From contig MRSU01004077.1 of the NCBI GenBank assembly GCA_008369845.1, positions 1-46,688 on the forward strand: a stretch of DNA of 46,688 nt, given 5' to 3'. The position numbers and the translations under genes were made by a program. Shown here in pieces: positions 19,501-25,330 of the stretch (within the stretch, counting starts at the first letter, position 1; each line of letters begins with the position of its first letter). The notes below the pieces were generated by a model. That model was not told the DNA's origin. It made no database searches and saw nothing but the letters and a program-made list of their open reading frames with translations. This DNA is from Trichomonas gallinae (Eukaryota).

Positions 19501-21653
19501 CACAGGAAGAGGAAGAAGAAATATTCGATGAAGAAGAAGGATACTTCTTTGAAGAAGAAGAGCAGCATAAAGAGGAAGAAGAAAAGATAGATTATGCTGC
19601 ACTCATGGAGAAGATGAGAATCGAAGCCCAACAACGTGTCATTGAACGTAAGAAGCAGGAAGAAATCGAGCGCAAGCAGCGTGAAGAGGAAGAAGCAAGA
19701 CGCAAGGCAGAAGAGGAAGAAGAAAGGAGAAAGAACCCAGAAGCATTCAAGAAGAAACAGGAAGAGGCGCAAACTTCGCAGACAATCGAGCGCGAACTTA
19801 CAGAAGAAGAAAAACAAGAGCTTGCAAGAATCGAAAGAAGGGAAGAAAAACGCCGCAAGAAAGAAGAAGAAAGGAAAAAGAGAGAAGAAGAGAGGAAATT
19901 GGCAAAACAAAGAAAACAAGAAGAAAAGATTCGTCGCAAACAACAAGTACAAGAAGAGCGTATTCGCCAGCTCACGGAGGCAAAGCGTCGCGAGGAAGAG
20001 GCTCAGAAGAAGATGCTTGAAGAGAAGCTTGCCTTGGAGAAGGCTAGAGACAGAGAAGAGATTAAGCTCGGCAGAAAGATGATGGAAGCTGTCGATAACT
20101 TAGTCGACAGAATGTTCTCCATTGGAATGAAGAAGAAAGAAGAGGAAGATGCAAAGATCAGAGAGCGGGAAATGCTAGAAGAAGCTCAGCGTCGCGAACT
20201 GGAACTGCAAAGACAGCGTAGACAAGCGTTCATCGAACAAGAAGCAGAAAGAAGAAGGAGGGAAGAAGAAGAGAAGGCACAAAAGAAGACAAAGAAACAG
20301 CGCCTACGTGAAGAGCAGGAAGCAAGAGAACGTGAAGAAGCAGAGAGACTTAGAAAGGAAAAGGAAGCGGAAGAAAAACGCCTTGCAGAGGAAGAAGCAA
20401 AGAGACAGAGGATGATCGCAGAACTTCAAAAGAAGAAGGAACTCGACGAGCAGCAGAAGAAGGCTCTCGAGGAATATCAGAGACAGAGCCAAGAAAGAAT
20501 GAAACGATTCGAAGAGGAAAAGCGTCGTGAGCAAGACCGTATGAAGCAGGAAGAAGAAAAGAAGGCTGAAGAACAAAGAAGACTTGCCGAAGAACAAAGG
20601 AAGAAATTGGAGCAACGTCAGAAGGAGAAGGAAGCAGAGTTAAGGTACGCTGAAGAAGCCAGAAGGAAGGCAGAGCAAATCATGAAGAGGATTCACGAGA
20701 ACGAAGATATAACAGTAGTTCAAACAATTGATGAGCGTGAAGCAGAAATGCTCAGGAATAAGGAACTCGCGGAACAAAGACAGGCTGCTAAAGAGGCAAG
20801 AAAGAGAGCTAAACTTGCTCGCCAAGCCGGTGCTGAAAGCGATGATGAAGAATACACAGGCCCAGATACTCGTGAACTTGCCAAAGCCAACGCTGCTAAG
20901 ATTGAAGAAAGAATCAAAGCTCAAACAACAACAGCAACAACAACGAAGAAAGATAAGCAGCAATCACCAATCAAAGAATCATCGGAACCAGCCAAGAGTG
21001 AAACAGAGAGCGAAGTTGAATGGAGTCTCGAAAGAGAGATGAAGATATTGAAATCACAGAGAAATCCTCCAAAGAAAGTCATTACAATCATTGATCCAAC
21101 ATCTGAATGGACATTCCAGGACTTATACAACGAAGAAGACAAGAAGAGCGATAAGCCAACAATCGCAAATATCATAATGGAAGAGCAAGCAATGCTGAAT
21201 GCTGCCAATGCAAGAAAGAAACTTGAAGTTCGTGAGGAAGGAGAGATGAAGAGCGACTTCGATGATATCAGCGAAGACATTTTCAATTCGACAATAATAC
21301 ACGAAAAGAAGTTCGCAACAAAGGAAGAGCTCAGCCTCGGAAGAATCTCCGCCCAACCAGTCAAGAAAGTCTTCCTAAAAGATGAGCTAAAGAAGAAATC
21401 AAAGAAGCCACATACAATTCCATCACTAATTCAGTACGAACAACAGAAGCCACAGCTTTCGAAACCGAACAGGGACAGAATTGCTGTCCTGGTTTCTCTT
21501 CTCAGTGCCAATGTTTCATCATACGCAAACTGGGACGCATTCGCTGAGACAATCTACGGAAGAAAGCGTGAAGATCTCATTGTTGCACTTGCAACAGTTA
21601 CATCGAGAGCAATGGCTGAGAATATTGCGGATTTATATTTCAGCAAATTCTAA
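4563..21653 (+). CDS. Giant 5,696-aa mostly disordered/coiled-coil protein with two internal repeat arrays and GIGYF-like N- and C-terminal motifs (inferred)
   Basis: Uninterrupted 17-kb ORF, E/K/P-rich. It contains repeated EFHPKESKK...EWAEDAF and HGEVKVYDES units, a long ER/K-rich helical region near the C-terminus and a short folded C-terminal domain. Confidence 0.9.
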   Translation: MFKTTKYSPDDILACYRSRKVYLQDFDFGPLYTDEPFLAAVVDLERHPDLKARIKTGSNRKKLTEGINREAFEKSLQNANAEKSFFSKLKHNTMLFEDRSDISSDYESSYSSEYEEPETKESEKEIEEPESEDPEEKKKQEELKAVAAELFNPNRTKPFEPPKPYPDEIVNGQYLNVRVAKVQKYIPTQLKQNNIEQFIENNNSRITVKSFRLGTQDARDFMLKSSNNKNPPPPPEKSRPKLKEQEVPQKPSLMPDFIPTRLVDSTKSMAPSKRIIANDPFEGITIPKRTAHAPISIFMPKKNLPPSEMRKHLDSISEIGSVEDNTGNDQINNAENIYDEENENNEINNAEEQMNNPPEPKKKIVKMKKVIKVKKYIVGNQIVDMKQEVLSSIPANMTPTKILNKTELEKRRKEQLEELQKLYAQSQQQQQEQQVNNIQIDSTNTAEEVLISHKKKVTKRRRKKSPIVNNPPPEIITESSWETDYNVGPSVGISSYTDQELENINVDDIDFELPLHAAVQERQEKLMEEQKKQAILKADGVEKVFSSDVGDISLEFAPRKAKHDAYMGIEIKPTDKQWKAVKRPKGFKQIKLKGPTFETLEERKRELLDSIVYPDEYLPEETDSEEIAQVKKRIRKKIRKAREAELLGDPNDPYSENRGYKTWLLKDEEDFKSVGRSKEVDHKQKIRKRTAYPYGYGEPGYVFEEEEEVILSYSKIPKFNQNNAVSFDKLMEEEKNSSEQGPMRIIMSSSSPLLDELQFGTFNRSKKSIKIVPQEPAWETVHRDAWAPEPEKPKVQTELQKKKNESFKVQPKRADYKQRMEEAEKDRPVSSEFERLMAEEEAKAQKEKEKDKKPVQKIRTNTEVTEFERILKNETGAVVPIIKPRQKTVWDTIKVTPDAIVRPIMPEVLPGGKTWGIQPSFQPKPTMWATLQQGQQTKTEKEDDDFYGQPRKSFFEELYEEELKKKEEARGTRRARTTFGPMKTSNFENLMKEEERKEKEGQGQNIVVDLDEDGAAVPQKRVKNDEMFWGVEDIIDEEILGEKVPQEPIRASSKPALEAEVPRARSKSARVSRHLKSVMMRAPEYSEEPIEPVKPKKISYFWDDTTQSTEENKQQKPTTPTTTTWAAVDIDGSTASLESDVTGHLKRKLQPAQDFESIEIAERMRKESPTSAKRRARSAGHVKFTGEISFAPKVSTTSYEAPSVDVQKTQEEEVEKAEQAPEANSTESPWGMGAFEDDSEFLYIGQQYIPKSKPTPTDFVVKQRAPKADNVASPIFHPIESKPLEPATYHSESSFELKSESTPEVPSKLVNEWTEDIFDEDDDFVLVGQPNTSNELEQKKQTRSASPASSMSEILAEAEQEKKPKKTLADLQSLEFHPKESKKLEPVPVTDEIAQAVSHPEIVETTEEIQPEQNAGSQWAEDAFNEDDDFIFVGQQYIEKKPVSPPKQENTQFEELMEEAKVEKETAKKQKHADLQLLEFHPKESKKFEPAQVTDEIAAASANIDVTIEPSNEVEEEAAPSNPENEWAEDAFGEDIDFVFAGQRYESKQPEKKKPTRSASPARDIKEIMADAESEKEAIRKQKQANLESLEFHPKESKKIEPIQVTDEVAQAISNPDAIETPEETFEEPIAEVPNEWAEDAFDEDADFVYYGQKYEAKKPEPEQEQQTVENPGKLEFDELLEKEEVLQKISEEERKQKLAELQSPEFCPKESKKIEPVQVTEEIANPPKPPAQEIQEEILPETEETTTVVTNEWAEDAFDEDTDFVYAGRKYESKKPEQELQTIPVKSEFDELLAEEEVATQSAQKVVQEEKKTKLVEIQSPEFHPKESKKIEPIQVTDEVAQAIQNQPEEVQEAEESVPETNETANEWAEDAFTEDTDFEYVGQQYVAKNSQELNEEEEEQIPEKSQFEGLIENEQSAQKETLEEKKQILAEVQSDFHPKESKWSFEAPEATDEILEASMERDAVVQEDFDQTTFSDWGDDFAEDYDFDYFGQRYISPYVEEPQPDEEPVTSKTEQKSRAEKRADIEQPEFHPKESMKFEQAEVQETTEQFEEPVEEEEEAYTETTEPSNAWEEGAFAEDDDFAYVGQQYISKKSEPVQQASGKSEFDELLAEEEKASKPVQQPPQPEKKQTVPVQSPEFHPKESMKIEPAQFAKSLTDETVDEPIVKEEIIPAESHQNQWAENAYDEDDLMFNGRKYEPKLETKPARSDSPSNFQGKALFETLLAEEEAAAKVHKASQEAKKSVEVKIPIHKPVDVKGVKESKKVEPVQEVAKKPIVKEQVYEEEEDYMKGTGKAKIPIDISKIVQSPYDLGTKKKKIKKDLFPPGFEPGVIACLEAPEVPPGFEHISKPVEVKAEPVVAEEEPFVEEEEQPIPQKFIIKYEKIIDYMTAKKRSSSPPSIIPERTSQVESVINTPGFIEDLTKKVQTKKIKKTIVKKHKVHKKSLNTNDIDDFIADDDHKDEMNSMIKQITTKVDVPNIDIYMKEQPPHAQVPEPQPVKGLPENWEILVSSDQSSTYMSDSDFDLPEDLWGDGNFIMRKSSSEGSMSDGSAEASEELPLSLMDPSESALRKKDLEEAARDKIKIIEDEQEQADNEQDWNLEDSDSPFEFQRSSPFIKKDRAHKEEKKIEDDNDYSYEEEIIEEDIAEPVVEETPKPKKQFTQPQIIIPMNVISRVKSSANKKRSSSPQPVSFQKTQKFIESEEIRIPVAQGKPILSKQKPIAKQPAKISIDPVKPRQSTQTESPKKTVKEPTPIDAKKIVQEQKSIPQKKAVEEPKKVIEEQKKIVEEQNKPVEQKKAVEEKKPEVTTKPPPPIVEKTKKKKDRVTKNQRLAAAAERRSKSLGVGGEVQDVTFKPAENVHKIEQPEIEEPPFGHSEDFDDVPKKQTSTTSVFDVDEPAFGQPDNFDDWAADGFAEDDPYFGTHLQYKPPATTEKKQSKPSNARSTSPASRFNDDLDYLNTPIFTTEKDAKNYKNLHGEVKVYDESAATIGKTWSQIQNIAARPIELDDSPIQVKEDHVEEVPVKSIKRRAKSAGANSPEDVEFKPKNSKRMEQPEVEEPPFGQPESFDNPEPVVQKQTVQVNEWSESAFTEEDPFFDYNLQYKPKSTDTKQKTKKKSSYAKVGSSSKAFYEDDYESKQKLLDFDLNEPVFSSEKEAKNYKNKHGEVKVYDESISNIGKSWGPVQQIKAKPIELDDSPITVKPAKKRARSVGASLISDVEFKPSQNKHKIEQPEIQEEVAKPKQKPKPKKDIHPSILDSEPSFALAESLSEWRADAFDDENDVYFNTTLQYKPPADAGKKQKTKKKSAYAAAQPSFDRLYEDEVLQDKNERDKAAATAVIDVADLDFINQPVFATEKEAKSYKMKHGEVKVYDESISNVGKFWGPVQNISARPIELDDTPVVVNYKPQFKKIERTKRSQSETPKVGFKPSKHSAYEPPEYIPEINSIEEEQKKEEEKLDTNEDMFWSSSRNMDSWDDVSNEFVDADDYYIGRRYTPTEKTPNPASTRSKSVSKDYEGGPLTFTAPIRGNFVKSSFNDLMNEEMKSMKKPAALKKQTRSKSVQIKRRRRDPTDAIPDADFKPHHMKRHIEAPTYDYVAERARLAAQREEEEEEEKASETQNKEVTWDNIIEDPFNEEDMFYFGQQYIPKEDHVIEHSIKLGKKKQKKQRSKSESATKMLENLNQEERKPPQRTELIYANELLNETDYILKHANDLQKGNRMKRMENDIRVFDNSISQVGSAWGQVKSIKPFKFEEPPEEYLAPTDTYVDTGDKAQFHQIKRKKRAQSVSVTAHFTPSAKKTTKYTEAPEYNDRFDFNDLTSQETIKYYDQDEAKNATPYVEGDFKLTEMNHKSNVIDFTEKKESGAKEMPAMTESEFDALINFDPSKPFQVPQKPKSAVQDNLDNWQEVDDLFDIALIGRTYHPVQDVNFDDVKLEDLETHEEITPKKQKRAKSVSARPQRGSIARSETAQPMRSTINEKPLVVNKQKPEGIKPFKAPTLLPKEMPQYDSDEDIEVTWHVDPKRIIVPAESSDFYKIMAQEEKNSQNANARAMATYIEDLYEEEKPKKRMKVYGKKEKFVVQPEIEFNEPMAPTSEVRIAFKKRKRTKLPAYDQTVSFSPDTIDYEESMYPEYPYLEEDKAIFENEDKEDEQKKLQEKEKKKQEAQEKANRKTMLKSTFFQDIDEWALAKDTVFTEELPFGIYKETYVPTGRRSRNSSPSGRSPSPSRKLAPKFNGPSKQFYVDGVPLKAIPIIRGKQQVEQPNMPVVYNRPLGEEVQPEPKGVVIKAPVIKIGGKSGPLALPAKFLPPAVKIGGKKQIEEPETKQPPQRQKKEQISERAMYGALAGIINFVPEKNTEGPNVSVFTPPVKKSEPAKLTVKKAPKVAELIVNQYNNEVEAAQKLIEAEKKKELIKSMNDHVIGAPSIPFDELMRQEEMAAAGVASEEKIELGWVQQPIAVKPTPAPVSPWANLQQYQEQKPQQTQQQRLPTGRRQQKEQPDEKLRFKPIRPMPIKREEPVTDTTTYTRPVPQITPSSFKQTFRPATLKYINEEGKLVVESTAKPPAPLAKPSLSIRRTKPGTTESDLVVLQPQEEEQKPQEEVAETTPEVIEETKPEAAETPEETAQPVEEQPIETQQAEPQPAEIKPVQESSYEEEWQVWNDGLRGEKKEIKKKSFVFDVKQWAKQDEVVAGERPEEEEIPEVKRDQVNTEEDAKIPNFWLDEATEEEKVIAVQEEKRREEEKAAIAAAMEERKREKENAALAALEEKKKAEKEAQLAINQEKMAEGDIQGPKPHEFEVSLPDDIKATTPKDDANYIPTFEELETANKEEVKPDSKPAVEAQPYEEIKSQAKKSEDIKPDENERVEDIKLIAETKKPEEIKEDSKQVKKPDEAKPIEVKKPEESKKSEDVKPATEHENVEDAKPAEVKKVEEVKPSTEIKEAAETKPVIELKDQKNPEETRQPIIPEQIVTKPEQEEIQAQEEEEEIFDEEEGYFFEEEEQHKEEEEKIDYAALMEKMRIEAQQRVIERKKQEEIERKQREEEEARRKAEEEEERRKNPEAFKKKQEEAQTSQTIERELTEEEKQELARIERREEKRRKKEEERKKREEERKLAKQRKQEEKIRRKQQVQEERIRQLTEAKRREEEAQKKMLEEKLALEKARDREEIKLGRKMMEAVDNLVDRMFSIGMKKKEEEDAKIREREMLEEAQRRELELQRQRRQAFIEQEAERRRREEEEKAQKKTKKQRLREEQEAREREEAERLRKEKEAEEKRLAEEEAKRQRMIAELQKKKELDEQQKKALEEYQRQSQERMKRFEEEKRREQDRMKQEEEKKAEEQRRLAEEQRKKLEQRQKEKEAELRYAEEARRKAEQIMKRIHENEDITVVQTIDEREAEMLRNKELAEQRQAAKEARKRAKLARQAGAESDDEEYTGPDTRELAKANAAKIEERIKAQTTTATTTKKDKQQSPIKESSEPAKSETESEVEWSLEREMKILKSQRNPPKKVITIIDPTSEWTFQDLYNEEDKKSDKPTIANIIMEEQAMLNAANARKKLEVREEGEMKSDFDDISEDIFNSTIIHEKKFATKEELSLGRISAQPVKKVFLKDELKKKSKKPHTIPSLIQYEQQKPQLSKPNRDRIAVLVSLLSANVSSYANWDAFAETIYGRKREDLIVALATVTSRAMAENIADLYFSKF
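8121..11170 (+). repeat. Intragenic protein repeat array 1: about 10 units of ~100-117 aa (EFHPKESKKxEPxQVTDExA...NEWAEDAFxEDxDFxxxGQxY)
   Basis: [ED]F[HC]PKES recurs at about 8685, 8997, 9333, 9678, 10029, 10371, 10653 and 10980, with two more degenerate units upstream. Similarity is visible at both DNA and protein level. Confidence 0.9.
13070..15830 (+). repeat. Intragenic protein repeat array 2: three ~190-200-aa units plus a degenerate one
   Basis: HGEVKVYDES...GKxWxxxQxIxAxPIELDDxP at about 13494, 14055 and 14661. A degenerate copy, ENDIRVFDNSISQVGSAWGQV, lies near 15735. Confidence 0.85.
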
Positions 21654-22150
21654 TTTTATCATTTTAGATTTATTTTTGTTATAAAGCTACTAATTTAAGT
21701 TTTAGTTTAACATGAATCTATTTATTATTACTTAATAAAATTCTCAGTTATCTATAGATTCACTTAAATGACATCAATGCAGAAGTCACATAATTTTTCA
21801 CAATAATTCACATTTTATTGCTTCACTTAATTGACATTCTCATTTATGACTGTGCCACATAATTCTTTGCGTTAATGCACGTATTATTGCTTCAATTTAG
21901 TAGCATTCTAGTATTATTTTGAAATTTGATGTGTTCTACAACGACATATACAGAAAAATGATGATTAACTTTTTAATTTGAGAAGATGAATGAATTCTAG
22001 TAACAGTAATAAAATGAAAAAATCATAATTCTTCAAATCAAAGTCTCATATTCACACAGTAAAATATATTTGTTGTGGCCATTTTCTGGGTCCATTATGG
22101 AGGGAAAAAAAATTCTTCTAAGAATTTTGTAAAAAGACAAAAAAATCTAA

Positions 22151-22158
22151 AAAGTGAC
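22151..22158 (+). promoter_or_regulatory. AAAGTGAC core-promoter motif (trichomonad motif 2-like)
   Basis: Exact AAAGTGAC ends 16 nt before the AC40 ATG. The same motif lies in sense orientation upstream of minus-strand genes at 2592-2599 and 35710-35717. Confidence 0.55.
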
Positions 22159-22174
22159 ATAGTGGACGCTTGCA

Positions 22175-23212
22175 ATGCAGACTGGATTTTCAATTCAAGA
22201 AGAGTTCTGCCAGCAGATCCCAGGAGTATCTGAAATTCACGATGCTGTTCCTCAATCAAGAATCGAAATTCGCTCTTACGAAAAATTAGCAGAAACCGGT
22301 GAAGATCGTCTTGTTTTTGATTTAATCAATGCACCAGCTTCGCACGCAAATGCGCTTCGTCGTATTCTCCTCTCGTCTGTCCCGCAAATTGCTATTGAAC
22401 TTGTTGGAATGCTTGATAACACAGGAGTTATGCCTGATGAAGTTTTGTGTCACCGTCTCGGCTTAATTCCAATCAACGTCAATCCAGATTTAGTCGGATT
22501 CCCAGAAGAAAAGATTGAAGACAATTCTGCAGATCCAGATCGCGTCTTTTTGTTCGGACTCCACGTTTGTGGCGGCCGTGGACCAACACCAGATCTCTCG
22601 AATGTTGACGCTTCCATGGAAGAAAACCTTCCACCATACTACATTGAAGGCACTCTTGATAGTCCTGGCGTGGTTACATCCGAGCACTTAGTTTGGATGC
22701 CACTCCCAGGCCAGCGCGAGAAATTCGGCAACGTAGCTCCATTGCATATGGATATTCCAATCACAAAAATACTTGAGGGCCAAGAAATTCACTGCTACTG
22801 CCGTGCAATCAAGGGCATTGGCTCAGACCATGCTAAGTTCCAGCCAGTTTGCACAGCTTTCTATCGCCTCGTCCCATCAATCAAGGTTAAGGACGAAATC
22901 AATTCTTCCGAAAACAAGCAACAGAAGCTCATTACAAAATGCCCAATGAATGTATTCGATATCGAAGATAGCAAAGTTGTCGTTAAATCTCCAAGAAATT
23001 GCACATCTTGCCGTGAATGCATTAGAAATCCAACGCTCGCACGTTATGTTAGCCTTGGAAAGGAAGCTAATCACTACGAGTTTACTGTTGAAAGTGTTGG
23101 CGTTCGCCCAGCTTGGAAGATTGTTCAGGAAGCATTCCAAGTCTTGATTTCTAGATGCGATGAGTTCACTGAAGTCATTGAGGCAACACTTAACCAGAAT
23201 GAGGCCAACTAA
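22175..23212 (+). CDS. RPC40: DNA-directed RNA polymerases I and III subunit AC40 (RPAC1/POLR1C)
   Basis: FDLINAPASHANALRRILLSSVPQIAIE, NTGVMPDEVLCHRLGLIPI, AIKGIGSDHAKFQPVCTAFYRLVP and FTVESVG motifs, plus a CP...CxxCxxC ferredoxin-like insert. Confidence 0.95.
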   Translation: MQTGFSIQEEFCQQIPGVSEIHDAVPQSRIEIRSYEKLAETGEDRLVFDLINAPASHANALRRILLSSVPQIAIELVGMLDNTGVMPDEVLCHRLGLIPINVNPDLVGFPEEKIEDNSADPDRVFLFGLHVCGGRGPTPDLSNVDASMEENLPPYYIEGTLDSPGVVTSEHLVWMPLPGQREKFGNVAPLHMDIPITKILEGQEIHCYCRAIKGIGSDHAKFQPVCTAFYRLVPSIKVKDEINSSENKQQKLITKCPMNVFDIEDSKVVVKSPRNCTSCRECIRNPTLARYVSLGKEANHYEFTVESVGVRPAWKIVQEAFQVLISRCDEFTEVIEATLNQNEAN

Positions 23213-23301
23213 CTTATTTTTTCCTATTAGATTTTTTTCCTTATAAAAATAGAATATTTTTTTATGATAAAACACTCTCACTTCATGACTTTTGTATATA
23301 T

Positions 23302-23414
23302 ATATTGTTTTGCCTGTCAAGTAGGGAAATTTTACAATGTCAATCAAAATTTGAAAGAATTACATCGTCACTTTTCAAAATATCTGACAATCTGACATTG
23401 TAAAGTTACCCTAT
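23302..23414. mobile_element. Palindromic MITE-like element, copy 1 (right outer end missing)
   Basis: TAGGGAAATTTTACAATGTCA (23322-23342) is inverted against TGACATTGTAAAGTTACCCTA (23393-23413) at 19/21. The interior is colinear with 26865-26934. Confidence 0.5.
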
Positions 23415-23643
23415 TCGTCACTTTTGTACATTAATTTAGCATATGATTGTATTGACTTGCAAATATCGAAAATAATGTTCTGTTGTTTTACATTTCTCTG
23501 CTTTTTTGCCCACCAATAACAAAAAGATGATGAAAATATAATGTTTTTTCAAGTAAAAATCCTCATCCTTTAAGATATTTCTAGGAATTTTATAAAATAA
23601 AAAAATTACTAAAATTTATCGTTTTAGATGCAATCTATATACT

Positions 23644-24399
23644 TTAACCCATATCAGGATCATTAGTACGCTGGAAAACTCTGACATAATCAATTTGATA
23701 TTGTGCAGGTAGTGCGGATTCATCCATTCCGTACTTTCCTCCCCACATTCCACCCCATGCTAGGTTAAGCTTGATGTAGAAAGGCGCATCGAACGGCCAA
23801 GTATCTTTATTATTTTTATGATCATTTTCAAAGTAAAAGTATGGCTTTCCATCAACGAACATTTGAATGTAGTTTCGAGTCCACTTACAAGCGTATGTGT
23901 GCCAATCGGTTTCTGCATTTTCAACTTTTGATTCATTTGTTTTATTCGTCTTATTAACATGGTTATAGGCCTGGCAGTGTATTGAAGCGTATGTTGTATC
24001 TCTTTCATAGCCAACATACTCCATGATATCGATTTCTCCATCCAAGGGCCATTGAACGAAGTTAGAAGGAAGCATCCAGAAGGCTGGCCATGTTCCTCTT
24101 CCTGAAGGAACCTTAATTCTAGCCTCGAAGTATCCATATGTCCAGTTCCTCTTTGTATTCATTCGGATTGAGTAAACTTGTCCAGCAATATTCTTTGCAA
24201 ATATCGAAAGTATGCCTCCATTTACAACAGCAAGTTGCTCATTATCTTTCCATCCAGCAACGTAAGCTTGAGATTCATTGTTAAATTTGAATGGTGGAAA
24301 CTCTTCGTAGTACCACTCATTTAAGTTTGGTTCTGTTCCTTGGTCAAATTCATCATGCCAAACAAGCTTGTACCCTTTGGGAGGCACAATATCAGCCAT
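23644..24399 (-). CDS. Glycoside hydrolase family 16 (laminarinase/beta-1,3-glucanase type), bacterial-like
   Basis: YKLVWHDEFD, YGYFEARIKVPSGRGTWPAFWML, catalytic GEIDIME, WPFDAPFYIKLNLAWGG and IDYVRVFQ. First ATG is at 24399 (the track start at 24426 is TTG). Confidence 0.95.
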   Translation of the reverse strand: MADIVPPKGYKLVWHDEFDQGTEPNLNEWYYEEFPPFKFNNESQAYVAGWKDNEQLAVVNGGILSIFAKNIAGQVYSIRMNTKRNWTYGYFEARIKVPSGRGTWPAFWMLPSNFVQWPLDGEIDIMEYVGYERDTTYASIHCQAYNHVNKTNKTNESKVENAETDWHTYACKWTRNYIQMFVDGKPYFYFENDHKNNKDTWPFDAPFYIKLNLAWGGMWGGKYGMDESALPAQYQIDYVRVFQRTNDPDMG

Positions 24400-25330
24400 T
24401 TTGGATTTTGTAAAAAAAGGTGACAATCGTCGTATTCCAAAAGTGGTTAGGATTTGTTCACATCAATTTTAATAGTTTTCTCACGAAACATAAAAACGCG
24501 TGAAAACAATCAATAATGAAGTGAAATTTGCCCTATACCATTATTTAAGGCTGTAAGATTTAGCTCAAAATTTCCATATTTGTTTTTGGTTGCTAAGGAA
24601 TGAAAAGCCCACTTTTTTATAAAATTTGATTGTTTACATGCCAAAATTGCCCTTACAATGTCAGAATTTCATAAAAAGTGAGGTACTCCTAAAGTATGGA
24701 AATTCACAGCATTACAAAAGTGACGCTTATTTTAGGTATTTCTAAAGATGCATTCACGCTAAAATAAAAATTACATTAAAAACTTCTTTTATTGTTATTT
24801 TGTTGCATAGTTATACATGCTATTTCTCAAACAACACTTTGCTATGATTAATTTTGCAAAAACTCTAAATGAAAATATTGTGGTTTAGCCACAGTTCTCT
24901 AAGGATTGACATCCAAAAAAGAGGGTGCGACACGATAACTATTTGGTGAAGGCAATTCTTCGCGATATCAGTCAAGCACGCATAAGTTCTGATGCTTTTT
25001 CTCTAGTGAGTTTTATTTGTAACTTTTCTAGGCAAATGTCTTCAATATATCGGGGTTTGATTTTGATCAAATCTCATCTAAACATTCATTATTTCTTACT
25101 ATTACCCAATCTAAAGGATTCTAGCACGTTTCATAGTGTATCTATTTGAAGAAAATTTAGATGCTAATGTCATAAGAATTGACATCACAAACCTTAAAAT
25201 TAGAACTCCATATTTATATAATAGCATATACATATCATAGAGATGCTATATTCCAAAGGAATAATGAAAATATTGACTTTTATTTTCTATCGGTTAATCT
25301 GCCAGTTTAATATTTTACGTGTCAAAATTA

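Noticed and set aside
18920..19550. GDIQGP and EGYFF as a possible GYF domain in the giant protein
   Set aside because: They are about 200 aa apart in acidic low-complexity sequence and lack the WxYxD...GPF...W...GYF spacing.
4795..21684. Dozens of 60-315-aa alternative-frame and antisense ORFs inside the giant gene
   Set aside because: They are shadows of GAA/AAG-rich codon usage: F/L/S-rich antisense or K/N-rich frameshifted products with no protein-like features.
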